The notes under the pieces were generated by a model. That model did not search any database and had not been told where the DNA came from. It saw nothing but the letters and a program-made list of their open reading frames with translations. From the IMG/VR virus record IMGVR_UViG_3300046812_000144: a stretch of 64,000 nucleotides of DNA; one strand, written 5' to 3'. The position numbers and the translations under genes were made by a program. Source of the stretch: an uncultured virus (IMG/VR IMGVR_UViG_3300046812_000144). Its lineage: Duplodnaviria; Heunggongvirae; Uroviricota; Caudoviricetes. Positions 35,128 through 44,504 of the stretch are shown piece after piece (position 1 is the first letter of the stretch; every line of letters begins with the position of its first letter).

Positions 35128-37053
35128 TTAGTGGATAACACTGTAGTAGACGTTCTCGTCTTCAAAGGAAATCTTATCGTCTTCCCAGAAGACATCTCCT
35201 GTCGTTGAGGCAAGTAGCCCTGCGGGCGTGACACTCGTCATGACGTAGCTTGTCGAGTCGAGGATGTTGAGCATATCCCCGGCTTGTACTCCGACTGCCT
35301 TTGCAGTCGAGAGCCTCATGATGACAGCACTATTGAGACCGCTTGCCGCGTTGTGCACGCGAAGAACTGAGGTAGCTCCTTCTGGTGCAAGGAAGTCTGA
35401 CGATCCTGCCTGTGCTGAGGTGATGAGTGTGAAAGTAGAACTGATGCCGAAACGGGTCATCGTGCCGTTGCCAGACGATGCGAGGAAGAGGGCACGGTGC
35501 CCTCCGTTCAGATCACCGACCAGAAGGCGAAAGCTGTTCGCGATGTTGAGCGAGTCGGACCACGCGGCCACGCGGCTGACTTGGATCAACTGAAGGTCGT
35601 TCGATTGCTGCGTCACCGACCACGCATCGTTGTTGCCCAAGTGGTACACGCCCTGCGTGGATGAAGCAGCGGCCATGTAGATGCGACCGTTGCTTCCGTC
35701 GACTTTGAGGTACGTGCCGCCGAGTGCCTTGTTCGGGGCCGTGCCAGAGGACGCGGCACTGACGAGGAACGAGGCTCCCTCGCCGATGCTGAGGTTCTCC
35801 AGCATGTAGAGGCCGGTCCACGCGGTCGTGTAGTCCTGCGGGTTCGCGCCGAAGCCCCACCCGATCTGCGTGCTACCGGCGGCCGACTGGCGGCGAATCC
35901 AGCCCTTGTTTGTCGCGATGGTAATGGAACTCAGTTCACCTCGGTTTGGACCGCCAAACTGAAGGTGGGCTCCGACGGCATTGCCACTGACGACAGTGCC
36001 TGCCTCGAAGATCGAGAAGGCAGTCTGCCGCTTGAACGTCATCGTCTGCGTGGTGATCGTCGGCAGCGTATTCGAGAGCGTCAACTGACCGTTAGTCACC
36101 TTCGTGACGACGTATGTGCCCACCGGGATGCCCGAGCCAGTGACGATGTCGCCCGAGGCGTAGCCGTTCGTAGCAGCGCCCGCGTTGTCGAGGACATTGC
36201 CGAAGGGCGTGCCGGGGGCAGTGAGCGTGCGGGTTCCGTTGACCGCCGAGCAACTGGCGATGACGAGCCCGACGTTCGAGTCATCCAACTGGTCGGAGAG
36301 GACGCGGAGGGGAGCGGCCGTACCCGCCGTGATGCGGAGTGCGCCGTTCAGGAAGAAGTCGATGTCGGTGCCCGTCTCGTCGTTGGTGCGGCGGAAGAGA
36401 CCCACATCGGTGAAGGTGACAGTCCCTCCCGCTATGTCACCTGTGAGGGCGACCGTGAGGGAGAGGTCGGTGTTGCTGTTGACGTGTCGGACGTAGGTGT
36501 TCGGTGCGACATTGGTGCCTGACACGAGCATACCGGCAGTGACCTGCGCGGTGCCACCGGAAGCGATGAAGCCCGCATCTGTCGAGGTCAGCTTCATATC
36601 GCCGCTGGTCCCGTTGACCGTGTGCGTGACTCCGGTCGCACCCAATCGCACCATGCTACCACTACCGACGACATCCACGAGCGCCGAGGGAGCCACCGTG
36701 CCAAAGCCGAAGAAGCCCTGCGCCTCGTCGAACGCTGCCTGCGTCTGTGCGGAGCCGAAGTAGATCTTGCCCTTCGTCGCGTTGGCCGTCGAGACGAGGG
36801 TGAGGATGCCAGAGGCGACCGTGTCACCCTTGGCGATCTGCCCGCCTGAGCGACCGGCGAGCAGGAAGTATCCCGACAGGTCGGGTGCAGGAAGAGGGTT
36901 GCCCGACGAGTCAGGCACCTCACCGCGTACAACCGCCGCCGACGCCTGAAACGACGACGTCGCGGCCCTGTTGAGGCGAGTGATCGCCTCGTAGAGCCAC
37001 GGGGCACAGTCGTCAGGGGTGCGGGGCGGATGTACGGGGATGAAGGCTGGCAT
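35128..37053 (-). CDS. Tail fibre / receptor-binding protein
   Basis: Gly/Thr/Ser-rich beta protein; YFLLAGRSGGQ, FGFGTVAPSALVDV and repeated GxxVxGxxI modules. Confidence 0.7.
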   Translation of the reverse strand: MPAFIPVHPPRTPDDCAPWLYEAITRLNRAATSSFQASAAVVRGEVPDSSGNPLPAPDLSGYFLLAGRSGGQIAKGDTVASGILTLVSTANATKGKIYFGSAQTQAAFDEAQGFFGFGTVAPSALVDVVGSGSMVRLGATGVTHTVNGTSGDMKLTSTDAGFIASGGTAQVTAGMLVSGTNVAPNTYVRHVNSNTDLSLTVALTGDIAGGTVTFTDVGLFRRTNDETGTDIDFFLNGALRITAGTAAPLRVLSDQLDDSNVGLVIASCSAVNGTRTLTAPGTPFGNVLDNAGAATNGYASGDIVTGSGIPVGTYVVTKVTNGQLTLSNTLPTITTQTMTFKRQTAFSIFEAGTVVSGNAVGAHLQFGGPNRGELSSITIATNKGWIRRQSAAGSTQIGWGFGANPQDYTTAWTGLYMLENLSIGEGASFLVSAASSGTAPNKALGGTYLKVDGSNGRIYMAAASSTQGVYHLGNNDAWSVTQQSNDLQLIQVSRVAAWSDSLNIANSFRLLVGDLNGGHRALFLASSGNGTMTRFGISSTFTLITSAQAGSSDFLAPEGATSVLRVHNAASGLNSAVIMRLSTAKAVGVQAGDMLNILDSTSYVMTSVTPAGLLASTTGDVFWEDDKISFEDENVYYSVIH

Positions 37054-37062
37054 CGGGTTCCT

Positions 37063-40000
37063 CTACGTGGTGTTGCGGTTGGTGTCCGGGTAGCCCTGCT
37101 CGCTGACCATGTAGGTGATCTGGTGCAACCGCATGTTGATGCCGAGGTCGGCCCAAGTCAGCGTGTCACCGTTCGCGTCGAACGTGAGGGGAACCTTCTC
37201 GATCTGTAGCTCGAAGCCGCGCCGGATGTTCGAGTTCACGATGCTGACGAGGTCGCCAGCGAGCGTGGAGACGTAGTCCGTGCTAAGGCCCTTGACTGCC
37301 TCACCGAGCCCGCTCCCTCGAATGCCGATACCGATGGTGCCCGTATCGAATGTGAGGGTGACTGCCCCCGCCGTATTCGGAGCCCGCGAGACGACGATCG
37401 TACTGCTGTCCGACTTCGACAAGACGATCGTGCCGGGATCAATACCGGTGCCCTTGACGCGCATGCCGGGAACGATCAGACTGAAAGCTGCTACAGATGT
37501 GATTGTCGTCGTCAGAGCGAGGGTTGAAGAAGCCGTGAAGCTGTTCGATCCGTACGGCGAGAACATCAGGTAGACCTTGTCGCCGAAGACGTCCCGGTCC
37601 ATGCCCGCCGAGTAGATCTTGCGGGTGCGGATGAACGGGATGATCTGCACGTCCTGTACGGTGGCCTTGCCGTCGCCCTGCGTGCTCGCCGTGGCCGTAT
37701 TGGTCACGCGGTAGCCCGCCGGAACGGTGGTGCCACTGTCTTCGAGGTAGACGAGGCCGTCGGTCTCCTGCCCAGTGAGCAGGTAGGCCGTGCCGTTGAG
37801 GTACGCCTCGCACGCACTGCGCGCCGAGACGACCGAGGGGCCGATGGCCGGAAGCTGGAATAGGCCCTTCAGCTTGTCCTGCTGATACGAGAAGTACATC
37901 ACGCGCGTATTGCGCGAGTGCGTCGCACCAGCCGGGCAGTAGTAGAGCGCGAGCAGCTTCTGGCGCGGGTAGTTCTTGAGGACCGCCGCCCCGAGTGCCG
38001 AGATCTTGACCGTGTTCTCCCAGTCGAGATCCATGTTGAGCGGCATCGTCCAGATGCAGTTGCTGATGAACATGCCCGACGTCGAAGCGTAGGCCATGAA
38101 GACGCCCTTGCCCGGCATGTCGAACGAGGTCGCGCACTGCGGTCCGGGGATGCCGTGATCCGTAGCGATGTCCTCGTGCGCGAGGCCCGAGGTCATGTCC
38201 GTGTCGGTCTCCCGAGGGAGGTACATGACGCGCTTGACCGTGTTCTCCAGCCCGACGAACAAGTTGCCGTTGAGCGCCCGGATGAAGGTGATGCGGTCGC
38301 GCTTGCGCGTGTTGAACGTCAGCCGATAGGGCTTCGGGAACGCCTCCGGGTCGTCCGGCAGTGAGTAGCGCAGCGTGTTGATCTGGCTGAGGTCGTTCAG
38401 GACGAGGCAGCCTTGGAAGAAGTCGCCCGTGGTGCAGACCGGCGGGAGCAGCCGGGCCGGGTCCGAGACCGTGGCCCCGACCTGATCGCGGTACGTCACG
38501 ACGCGATACGCGGGCCCGTTGAAGTCGACGTTCACCGAGGTGTACCACACCTTGATGTAGACGTCATAGACATCGAGTCGGACGTTGGGTGAAGACTGCT
38601 TCGTGATGCCAAGTTCGACGGCGAGTGTCGAGGTGTCTGCGTTCGTCCACACAACGCCAAGCAGGTCCATGGGGCCGCCAAAGGCGATACCCTGCTGGAT
38701 CATGGGGACGCCCCGTGACAGGAGGCTCGTCTGCCGGCCGCTGGCAGTCGCCATCAGCTTGATCCACAGGCCGGCGACGTTCGTCGAGCGCGCATTGACG
38801 ACGACTTGGATGCCGATGGGAATCTTGCCCGTGTAGTCGACCGAGCCCACGACGCCGATAGAGAAGCCGAAGGTCGTCAGCCGACTCGCGCCGTCGGAGT
38901 TGACCGGCCAGTGGGTGCCACCCGTCTGGACCGAGCCATAGTCGAGGTCAGCCGCACCCGTGAGGTGATCGGCGTGGCTGAAGGGCAGCGCGTAGCCCGT
39001 GGCCGCAGCGAACGCGCCCGCGTACTTCTGCTGCGTGAGCGTCACGTCGGTCAGCGTGTACGTCTGGCCGGCCGCGTAGGTCGTCATCGCGACGGTGGCG
39101 CACCGACGCATCGAGGCCAGCGAGGGCATGTCGGTGGCCGGGCCGTAGATGTAGATGCCCCAGTGGGTCGCGACGTAGCCGTCCTGCCCGTTGTTCTGCA
39201 CGGCCGGGAAGGTGATCGTGATCGTGTCCGAGGCCGGCGTGGTGATGGCCGCCGAGAGGGGCAGACCTGCCCCGCCCTGTGAGCCCGTGTCGCCCGTGGC
39301 CGCGTTGTTGACGCCGAGGTAAGCTCCCTCGATGATCTGGAGCTTCTGGATCGGGTCCTTGAGCGCCGTGGCGATGTCGCCGTTGGGCGAGTAGATCTCC
39401 GTGATGAGGAACCAGTAGTTGCCTGCGCCCTTCGTCAGGTTCCAGCCCGTGGACTGACCCGTGTTGACAGCGAGCGTCGGCGCGATGAGGACCGGCTTGA
39501 GGCCGACCGGGCGGGCACTGAGGGCCGGCACAGTTGTAGCAACCGCAGAGCGATCAGCCCACTCGATGGCTCGGAGAGCGGACGTGGTCCCGTCCCACAC
39601 GAAGTACTTGCGTGCATTGAACTGGATCGCGTCGAGAATCTCGTTGCCGATGTTGCCGAAGCCCACGGCGGTACCACAGGTGAAGACGGGCGTGTAGACG
39701 CCGTTGCCGCCCGAGGGCGCTGCATTCAGCGTGGCCGTCTTGTAGTGGCCCGTGGTCCCGTCCTGATTCGAGACGGCCGTGACGTAGACGTTCGGGCCGA
39801 TCGACGTGCCGATGACCCTCGCGCCGACGGCGGTGGCGAGGAACGGGTACTGCGTGAAGGTGAGCGTGACGGTGCCGTTGGTCGCGGATGTGTCGAGCGT
39901 GATGTTCGAGTTGTCCTGCACGGCCGAGACGCGGGTGCCGGCAGTGACGCCAGTACCCGAGACGACCATGCCCACGACCACGTTGCCGAAGGCGGCTGCG

Positions 40001-40449
40001 GACGTGACGGCGATACCAGTGATGGTGCAGGAGGCGATGACGAGGTTGGCGTCGAACGCCGTGCTCGTGACCGTCCCGACCCACCGGCCCTGACCGCCAA
40101 CCTCAGCAGGCGTGAGCCCGGAGGTGGCCGTGAAGTCGGCCGCGTAGACGTGCGTGTCTGGCGAGGCCGGGTTCTGGCCCGAGGTCCACGTCGGAGAGCC
40201 GTCCGTGCGCCGGCCAAGCATCAGGATCTGCTCGGTGAAGTTGCCGTCGAACGACAGTTGCTTGAGCCCTCGGATGTCGGCACCGATGGCGGTTGAGGTG
40301 AGAGCCGTGCGGCCCGGCGCGCGCCAGATAGCCGGGTCCTTCTCACGGTAGAAGCAGTCGTCCGCGCGCTGGAGTTCGCCCGATTCGAGCATCGCGCCAA
40401 CGCGAGCGGTGACGAGTCCGCCGTTCAGAAGTTCAGTGACTGCACGCAT
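37063..40449 (-). CDS. Tail nozzle / tubular-B-like protein with inserted beta domains
   Basis: LNGGL N-terminus, LRYSLPDDPEAFP and PFIRTRK; follows the adaptor gene. Confidence 0.65.
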   Translation of the reverse strand: MRAVTELLNGGLVTARVGAMLESGELQRADDCFYREKDPAIWRAPGRTALTSTAIGADIRGLKQLSFDGNFTEQILMLGRRTDGSPTWTSGQNPASPDTHVYAADFTATSGLTPAEVGGQGRWVGTVTSTAFDANLVIASCTITGIAVTSAAAFGNVVVGMVVSGTGVTAGTRVSAVQDNSNITLDTSATNGTVTLTFTQYPFLATAVGARVIGTSIGPNVYVTAVSNQDGTTGHYKTATLNAAPSGGNGVYTPVFTCGTAVGFGNIGNEILDAIQFNARKYFVWDGTTSALRAIEWADRSAVATTVPALSARPVGLKPVLIAPTLAVNTGQSTGWNLTKGAGNYWFLITEIYSPNGDIATALKDPIQKLQIIEGAYLGVNNAATGDTGSQGGAGLPLSAAITTPASDTITITFPAVQNNGQDGYVATHWGIYIYGPATDMPSLASMRRCATVAMTTYAAGQTYTLTDVTLTQQKYAGAFAAATGYALPFSHADHLTGAADLDYGSVQTGGTHWPVNSDGASRLTTFGFSIGVVGSVDYTGKIPIGIQVVVNARSTNVAGLWIKLMATASGRQTSLLSRGVPMIQQGIAFGGPMDLLGVVWTNADTSTLAVELGITKQSSPNVRLDVYDVYIKVWYTSVNVDFNGPAYRVVTYRDQVGATVSDPARLLPPVCTTGDFFQGCLVLNDLSQINTLRYSLPDDPEAFPKPYRLTFNTRKRDRITFIRALNGNLFVGLENTVKRVMYLPRETDTDMTSGLAHEDIATDHGIPGPQCATSFDMPGKGVFMAYASTSGMFISNCIWTMPLNMDLDWENTVKISALGAAVLKNYPRQKLLALYYCPAGATHSRNTRVMYFSYQQDKLKGLFQLPAIGPSVVSARSACEAYLNGTAYLLTGQETDGLVYLEDSGTTVPAGYRVTNTATASTQGDGKATVQDVQIIPFIRTRKIYSAGMDRDVFGDKVYLMFSPYGSNSFTASSTLALTTTITSVAAFSLIVPGMRVKGTGIDPGTIVLSKSDSSTIVVSRAPNTAGAVTLTFDTGTIGIGIRGSGLGEAVKGLSTDYVSTLAGDLVSIVNSNIRRGFELQIEKVPLTFDANGDTLTWADLGINMRLHQITYMVSEQGYPDTNRNTT

Positions 40450-40457
40450 GGGTTACC

Positions 40458-41426
40458 TCAGTAGCGGTAAGGATCGAATGGACCGTTGCCCCAGATGGGC
40501 CGGTTGTAGTCGCCGACTTCGTACTGGGACTTGAGCCCACGATCGAAGTCGTCATCATCCGTGACCTGCTCGTCCTGCTCGACTGCGCTCTCCGCACCCT
40601 TGGCGGACATCTGCGAGTAGCCTTCCGGGTCGTCCTGCGCCCGCTTCGTCGCGAGGAGCAGCGAGCGCGCGTAGTCGAGGAACTGGTAGAGGAAGTCATC
40701 GATCATGTCGATGTTGGTGCCCGTCGGGTTGAACGTCCGGTAGTAGCGGAGCAGGAGCGTGTCGTTGCCGTCGGGAGCCGAGTCGAACTTCAGACGCTTG
40801 GTGCCGAAGTTCTGCGTCTCCTCCGAGTAGGCGTTGTACACACCGTAGTCGGATGGGGTACGGAGCACGGACTGGTCGACGATCACGCGGTCCCACCACC
40901 GCTGGTCGCGGTAGGTGAGCGTGCGCTTGTTCGCCAGAAGCGTCGCCGAGAACGGCGCGAAGAAGTCGATCGGCAGCGCATAGTCGTTGGAGCCTGTCAC
41001 GATCGGGATGTTGGCTGCGAACGTAAGCGTGCCCGCCTCAGTCGTGTAGCTGCCGCCACCGAAGGCATTCGACAGGGTGATCGCGGTCAAGACCCCGTCG
41101 CTCCCTCGCGTGACAGAGAGCACAGTGGTCGGGACGGCGAGTGTCCCGGCCGCGCCCGTGTAGGTCACCGTGTGGCCGGGATTGATGAAATCGAACAGGC
41201 CGGGGGTCGGGCAGGAGATGCTGGCCGATCCCTTCGTCGCGGTCACCGCAAGGGTGGTCGTGAGCGAGGTGTCTTTCAGGAGGAACCGCCAGAACTTCTT
41301 GTTCTGCCAGTCCTGATATGCGCGAAGGATGGCCTCGCCGGCCATGTCGAGCGATTCCTGCGACTCCGAGCCACCACCGATGATGCGGGCGACGTAGATC
41401 TTCGCGTTGACGACGGTCATGCTCAT
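40458..41426 (-). CDS. Head-tail adaptor / tubular-A-like protein
   Basis: WRFL, GSNDYALPIDF and PDG motifs; position. Confidence 0.6.
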   Translation of the reverse strand: MSMTVVNAKIYVARIIGGGSESQESLDMAGEAILRAYQDWQNKKFWRFLLKDTSLTTTLAVTATKGSASISCPTPGLFDFINPGHTVTYTGAAGTLAVPTTVLSVTRGSDGVLTAITLSNAFGGGSYTTEAGTLTFAANIPIVTGSNDYALPIDFFAPFSATLLANKRTLTYRDQRWWDRVIVDQSVLRTPSDYGVYNAYSEETQNFGTKRLKFDSAPDGNDTLLLRYYRTFNPTGTNIDMIDDFLYQFLDYARSLLLATKRAQDDPEGYSQMSAKGAESAVEQDEQVTDDDDFDRGLKSQYEVGDYNRPIWGNGPFDPYRY

Positions 41427-41429
41427 GTG

Positions 41430-42707
41430 TTACCTCAAGGCCGTTGTGACCTTTTTGATCTGCTCGAAGGTGGGACGGTGGATGATTGGAGTACCGAGTT
41501 CACGCCGCTGGCGTGCTCGTGTCTCCGTGTAGAAGTCGAAGAGTCCGGGGATCGTCGCTTTCGGCGTACGATTCTCCATGACCCATTCTCGTGCGCCAGC
41601 AGCAAGGCGAGCGCGCAGAGCCACGTCCTCAATGAGGAGCGACAGCTTCTCCACAAACTCCGCAGGCGTGTTGAACAGGAGGCCCGTTTTGCCATCTTGG
41701 ATCTCCCGGTAGGGCCCAGTGTTCTGCGCGAGGGTCGGTTCCGGCTTCCGCCACACGGATGCTTCGTACCACTTGATGGCGGACTTGCAGGCGTTGAAGA
41801 CGTTGTTCGCGAGGGGGCAGAGGTTGATGTCGATGTTCATGAGGCCGCGCTTCAGCTTGTACGCCTCGTACTCGACCCAGATGTGGTGCTCGATCTGCTC
41901 GGCGGGGATCACATCGTGAATCCAGTGGAAGTACTCGCCGAAGATGACGAACTTCACCTTGGGGTACTTCTTCGCGATGGCCCCGAGCGCGTCGCGCAGC
42001 GGGTACCAATCGATCCAGTGGCTCATGCCACCCTGCCAGAGGATGCGGATCTCGTCGTCCGTGCGGACGAGTTCGAGGTCTTCGTAGTCCTCGGGGACGA
42101 TCGTGTTCGGGAAGAAGTAGGTGTTCGGGTTGCCAACTACGTCCTTGAAGTACTTCGCCAGCAGTGGCGAGGCGGCGGTTACGCCGTGGGCCTCGCGGAT
42201 GATCTGGTGACGCACCTTCATGTCGTGAAGGTTGCGCGCGATGTCCCACACTGAACCATCGGAAGTTGTCTTCTGGTCGATGTACTCGGTGAGGTGCTTA
42301 CCCTTGGCGTCTTCGATGACAAGACCGTCACCCGGTTCGAGTAGCGCGGTGTCGGGGTAGCCCCGGACGCCCATGCGCGCGAACTGCGTGTTGAACGGGT
42401 GGACGAAGTCGTTGTTGTCGTCGTGGTCGTAGATGAGGGCTGGCGGGTAGATGGGCTCACCAGCGCGCATCGAGGGCGCTATCTTCTTGTACGAGAGAAA
42501 GCGGTGAAGGAATGGCTCGCCCGAGACCGCGTAGAACTGCGCGACGTCCGAGTGAAGCAATGCCATGTTCGCATCCTTCGTGTTCCCTCGCTCCTCGAAG
42601 ACCTGAGCCGAGGGCTCGATCACGGGCAGGTGACGAAACGGAATCTGGATGCGGTAGTATGAACAGGCGTTGTGCTTCGTGCTGAGGTTGAGGGTCCACA
42701 GGTACAC
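41430..42707 (-). CDS. GT-B fold (GT4-like) glycosyltransferase
   Basis: YYRIQIP, IYDHDD, WQGGMSH, DINLCPLANNVFNACKSAIKWYE and DGKTGLL. Confidence 0.85.
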   Translation of the reverse strand: MYLWTLNLSTKHNACSYYRIQIPFRHLPVIEPSAQVFEERGNTKDANMALLHSDVAQFYAVSGEPFLHRFLSYKKIAPSMRAGEPIYPPALIYDHDDNNDFVHPFNTQFARMGVRGYPDTALLEPGDGLVIEDAKGKHLTEYIDQKTTSDGSVWDIARNLHDMKVRHQIIREAHGVTAASPLLAKYFKDVVGNPNTYFFPNTIVPEDYEDLELVRTDDEIRILWQGGMSHWIDWYPLRDALGAIAKKYPKVKFVIFGEYFHWIHDVIPAEQIEHHIWVEYEAYKLKRGLMNIDINLCPLANNVFNACKSAIKWYEASVWRKPEPTLAQNTGPYREIQDGKTGLLFNTPAEFVEKLSLLIEDVALRARLAAGAREWVMENRTPKATIPGLFDFYTETRARQRRELGTPIIHRPTFEQIKKVTTALR

Positions 42708-42721
42708 GGGGCCGCTCCTTC

Positions 42722-43156
42722 CTAGTTGAGGATGATCCGACCGCGCATGTCGCAGTCGATGCCCTGCTCGCGGAAGTAGTCCACGAGGGCGTAGAAGAAG
42801 TCCTTGTTGATCTTCAGGACCCCGTCGACAGGGTCTGTCTTGTACAGCAGCCCATCGTCCATCTGGTTGCCCTCGTCATCGTAGCGGGCAAACATGTCGA
42901 GGATGAGCGTCCAGATCGGAGTGTCGAAGTTGGCGACGTGCTGGAACGTGCGCGTCGGGTCGAAGCCGCCGGTCTTTGTATACTTCGCGAGGGTGGACAG
43001 GGCATCAGTCATGCTCTGCACCTCACGGCGCGTCTCTGCCGTCGCCTTCAGGATCGGAACTCGCTCCTGAGCGAGCTTGGTAGCATCGCTCAGAAGACTG
43101 AGTTCCGCCTTGTGGCGACTCTTGATGCGAGCGATCTTGAAGTCACCGCTGCTCAT
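42722..43156 (-). CDS. Hypothetical protein (head module)
   Basis: ORF with RBS in the late operon. Confidence 0.65.
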   Translation of the reverse strand: MSSGDFKIARIKSRHKAELSLLSDATKLAQERVPILKATAETRREVQSMTDALSTLAKYTKTGGFDPTRTFQHVANFDTPIWTLILDMFARYDDEGNQMDDGLLYKTDPVDGVLKINKDFFYALVDYFREQGIDCDMRGRIILN

Positions 43157-43159
43157 GAG

Positions 43160-43342
43160 TTACGCTCCCTTCACCTTCTTGAGACGGGGGTTGGCCTTCT
43201 TGGCTCCCTCGCTGGCCTTGTGTGCCGCTGCGGCGATGATCGCCTTGCCGTGAGCGAGGGACTCGCCCTCTCCCGCAGCCGCGTTCTCCGCAGCAGCCTC
43301 GAAGCCGATGTGCTTCGTCGGATTGCCGCGCTTCCCTGCCAT
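43160..43342 (-). CDS. Small basic protein, RxNP-tag family
   Basis: Starts MAGKRGNP. Confidence 0.75.
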   Translation of the reverse strand: MAGKRGNPTKHIGFEAAAENAAAGEGESLAHGKAIIAAAAHKASEGAKKANPRLKKVKGA

Positions 43343-43343
43343 G

Positions 43344-43472
43344 TTACTTCTTCCCCTTCTTGGCCTTCTTGTCGGCTGCGTCGGGCTTGCCCTTCTCGCC
43401 CTTCTCCATGGCCGCGCTCTCGCCCTCGGCCTTCGCTTCCTTCAGGAACGACAACGGGTTCTTGCGAGCCAT
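43344..43472 (-). CDS. Small basic protein, RxNP-tag family (42 aa, not in the ORF track)
   Basis: MARKNPLSFLKEAKAEGESAAMEKGEKGKPDAADKKAKKGKK. Confidence 0.75.
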   Translation of the reverse strand: MARKNPLSFLKEAKAEGESAAMEKGEKGKPDAADKKAKKGKK

Positions 43473-43473
43473 G

Positions 43474-43674
43474 TTACTTGCCTCCGCCCTTGTTGGACGC
43501 CGACGGGTTCATCACCTGCTGGCTGATGACGGTCTTCTTGCCGACCGGAACACGCATCTTGGCGGGATTGCCGCCACTCGTGTTCGAGTCGTCGGCGACC
43601 GGATGCACGACGTGCTGCGAGAGCACCTTGGACTTGCCAACGCTCTCGACAGGATTGCCTCTCTTGCTTGCCAT
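43474..43674 (-). CDS. Small basic protein, RxNP-tag family
   Basis: Starts MASKRGNP. Confidence 0.75.
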   Translation of the reverse strand: MASKRGNPVESVGKSKVLSQHVVHPVADDSNTSGGNPAKMRVPVGKKTVISQQVMNPSASNKGGGK

Positions 43675-43684
43675 GTTACTTACC

Positions 43685-43939
43685 TCAGTCCTTGCAGCCC
43701 TTCATTGCGGCATGCAGGTTGTCGATGTGGTTCCGAGCCAGCTTCGACTCGGGGGTCTCATTCGCACCGAGAGCCTTCGGGAGGAGCTTCTCGCCCCCGT
43801 TGCTCCACGGCTTGCGGATCTTGTCGCCCAACTGGTGGAGCGCGTCGTGCATCTCCGACAGCTTCTTCTGCTGTGGGTCTTGCTCGACGGCTGCTCCGAT
43901 GCCCATGTTGGCGACCGGGTTCTTGCGGGACTTCGCCAT
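43685..43939 (-). CDS. Small basic protein, RxNP-tag family
   Basis: Starts MAKSRKNP. Confidence 0.75.
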   Translation of the reverse strand: MAKSRKNPVANMGIGAAVEQDPQQKKLSEMHDALHQLGDKIRKPWSNGGEKLLPKALGANETPESKLARNHIDNLHAAMKGCKD

Positions 43940-44163
43940 CAGTCCTCCGCGTCCGGCGCGGGAAGCTGCTTGTTGGCCTTGCGGGCCCGCTGCACAGCAA
44001 CCTTCGCCGTCGTCTTGTTCTTCGCCTGAGCGACGTAGCTGCTCTCGGTCTTGTCCATCTTCGGACCGGGCGAGAGCGTCTTCTGCATGTCCTGATCGAC
44101 AGTGGCACTGTCGTAGGGGGCCGTGTAGCCAGCGGCCTTGGCGATCGGGTTGCCGCGCGCCAT
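43939..44163 (-). CDS. Small basic protein, RxNP-tag family
   Basis: Starts MARGNP. Confidence 0.75.
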   Translation of the reverse strand: MARGNPIAKAAGYTAPYDSATVDQDMQKTLSPGPKMDKTESSYVAQAKNKTTAKVAVQRARKANKQLPAPDAED

Positions 44164-44432
44164 TAGCTGGCCGCCCCCGGCATTGCCGGGAATGGACTCG
44201 ACGTAGGCGACGGGCCCTTCGAGCGCATGTCCTTGCCGTTTGCGAATGGAGCCTGAACGGCCGGAGGATTGCCCCCGTCGTTCTTCGACATGTTGACTTC
44301 CGGCATGTCGTTGTTCTTCTCCTTCAGCCCTTCGTTCACGCCACTCGGCAGAGGAAGATTGTCCACGCCATCGACGGGCGGCGGCATGTTGACCGACGTA
44401 CCGCTGATGGTGGGGTTGGGACGCTTTGCCAT
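44163..44432 (-). CDS. Small Pro-rich protein, RxNP-tag family
   Basis: Starts MAKRPNP; GAGG RBS. Confidence 0.75.
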   Translation of the reverse strand: MAKRPNPTISGTSVNMPPPVDGVDNLPLPSGVNEGLKEKNNDMPEVNMSKNDGGNPPAVQAPFANGKDMRSKGPSPTSSPFPAMPGAAS

Positions 44433-44441
44433 GTGTACCTC

Positions 44442-44491
44442 AAAGCAGAAAGGGGCGGCGAAAGGTCTCGCCCTCCACCGCCCCCTGTCTG
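44442..44491 (-). terminator. Hairpin / partial terminator after the major capsid gene
   Basis: CAGACAGGGGGCGG...CCGCCCCTTTCTGCTTT on the - strand. Confidence 0.5.
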
Positions 44492-44504
44492 TTGTTGGTC
44501 GACG

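Noticed and set aside
34721..41440. Recurrent GTTACCTC at late gene junctions as extra copies of the promoter motif
   Set aside because: On the coding strand it reads GAGG-TAA-C shortly before an ATG, i.e. RBS plus spacer or stop. It lacks the -10 and CCCACC parts.
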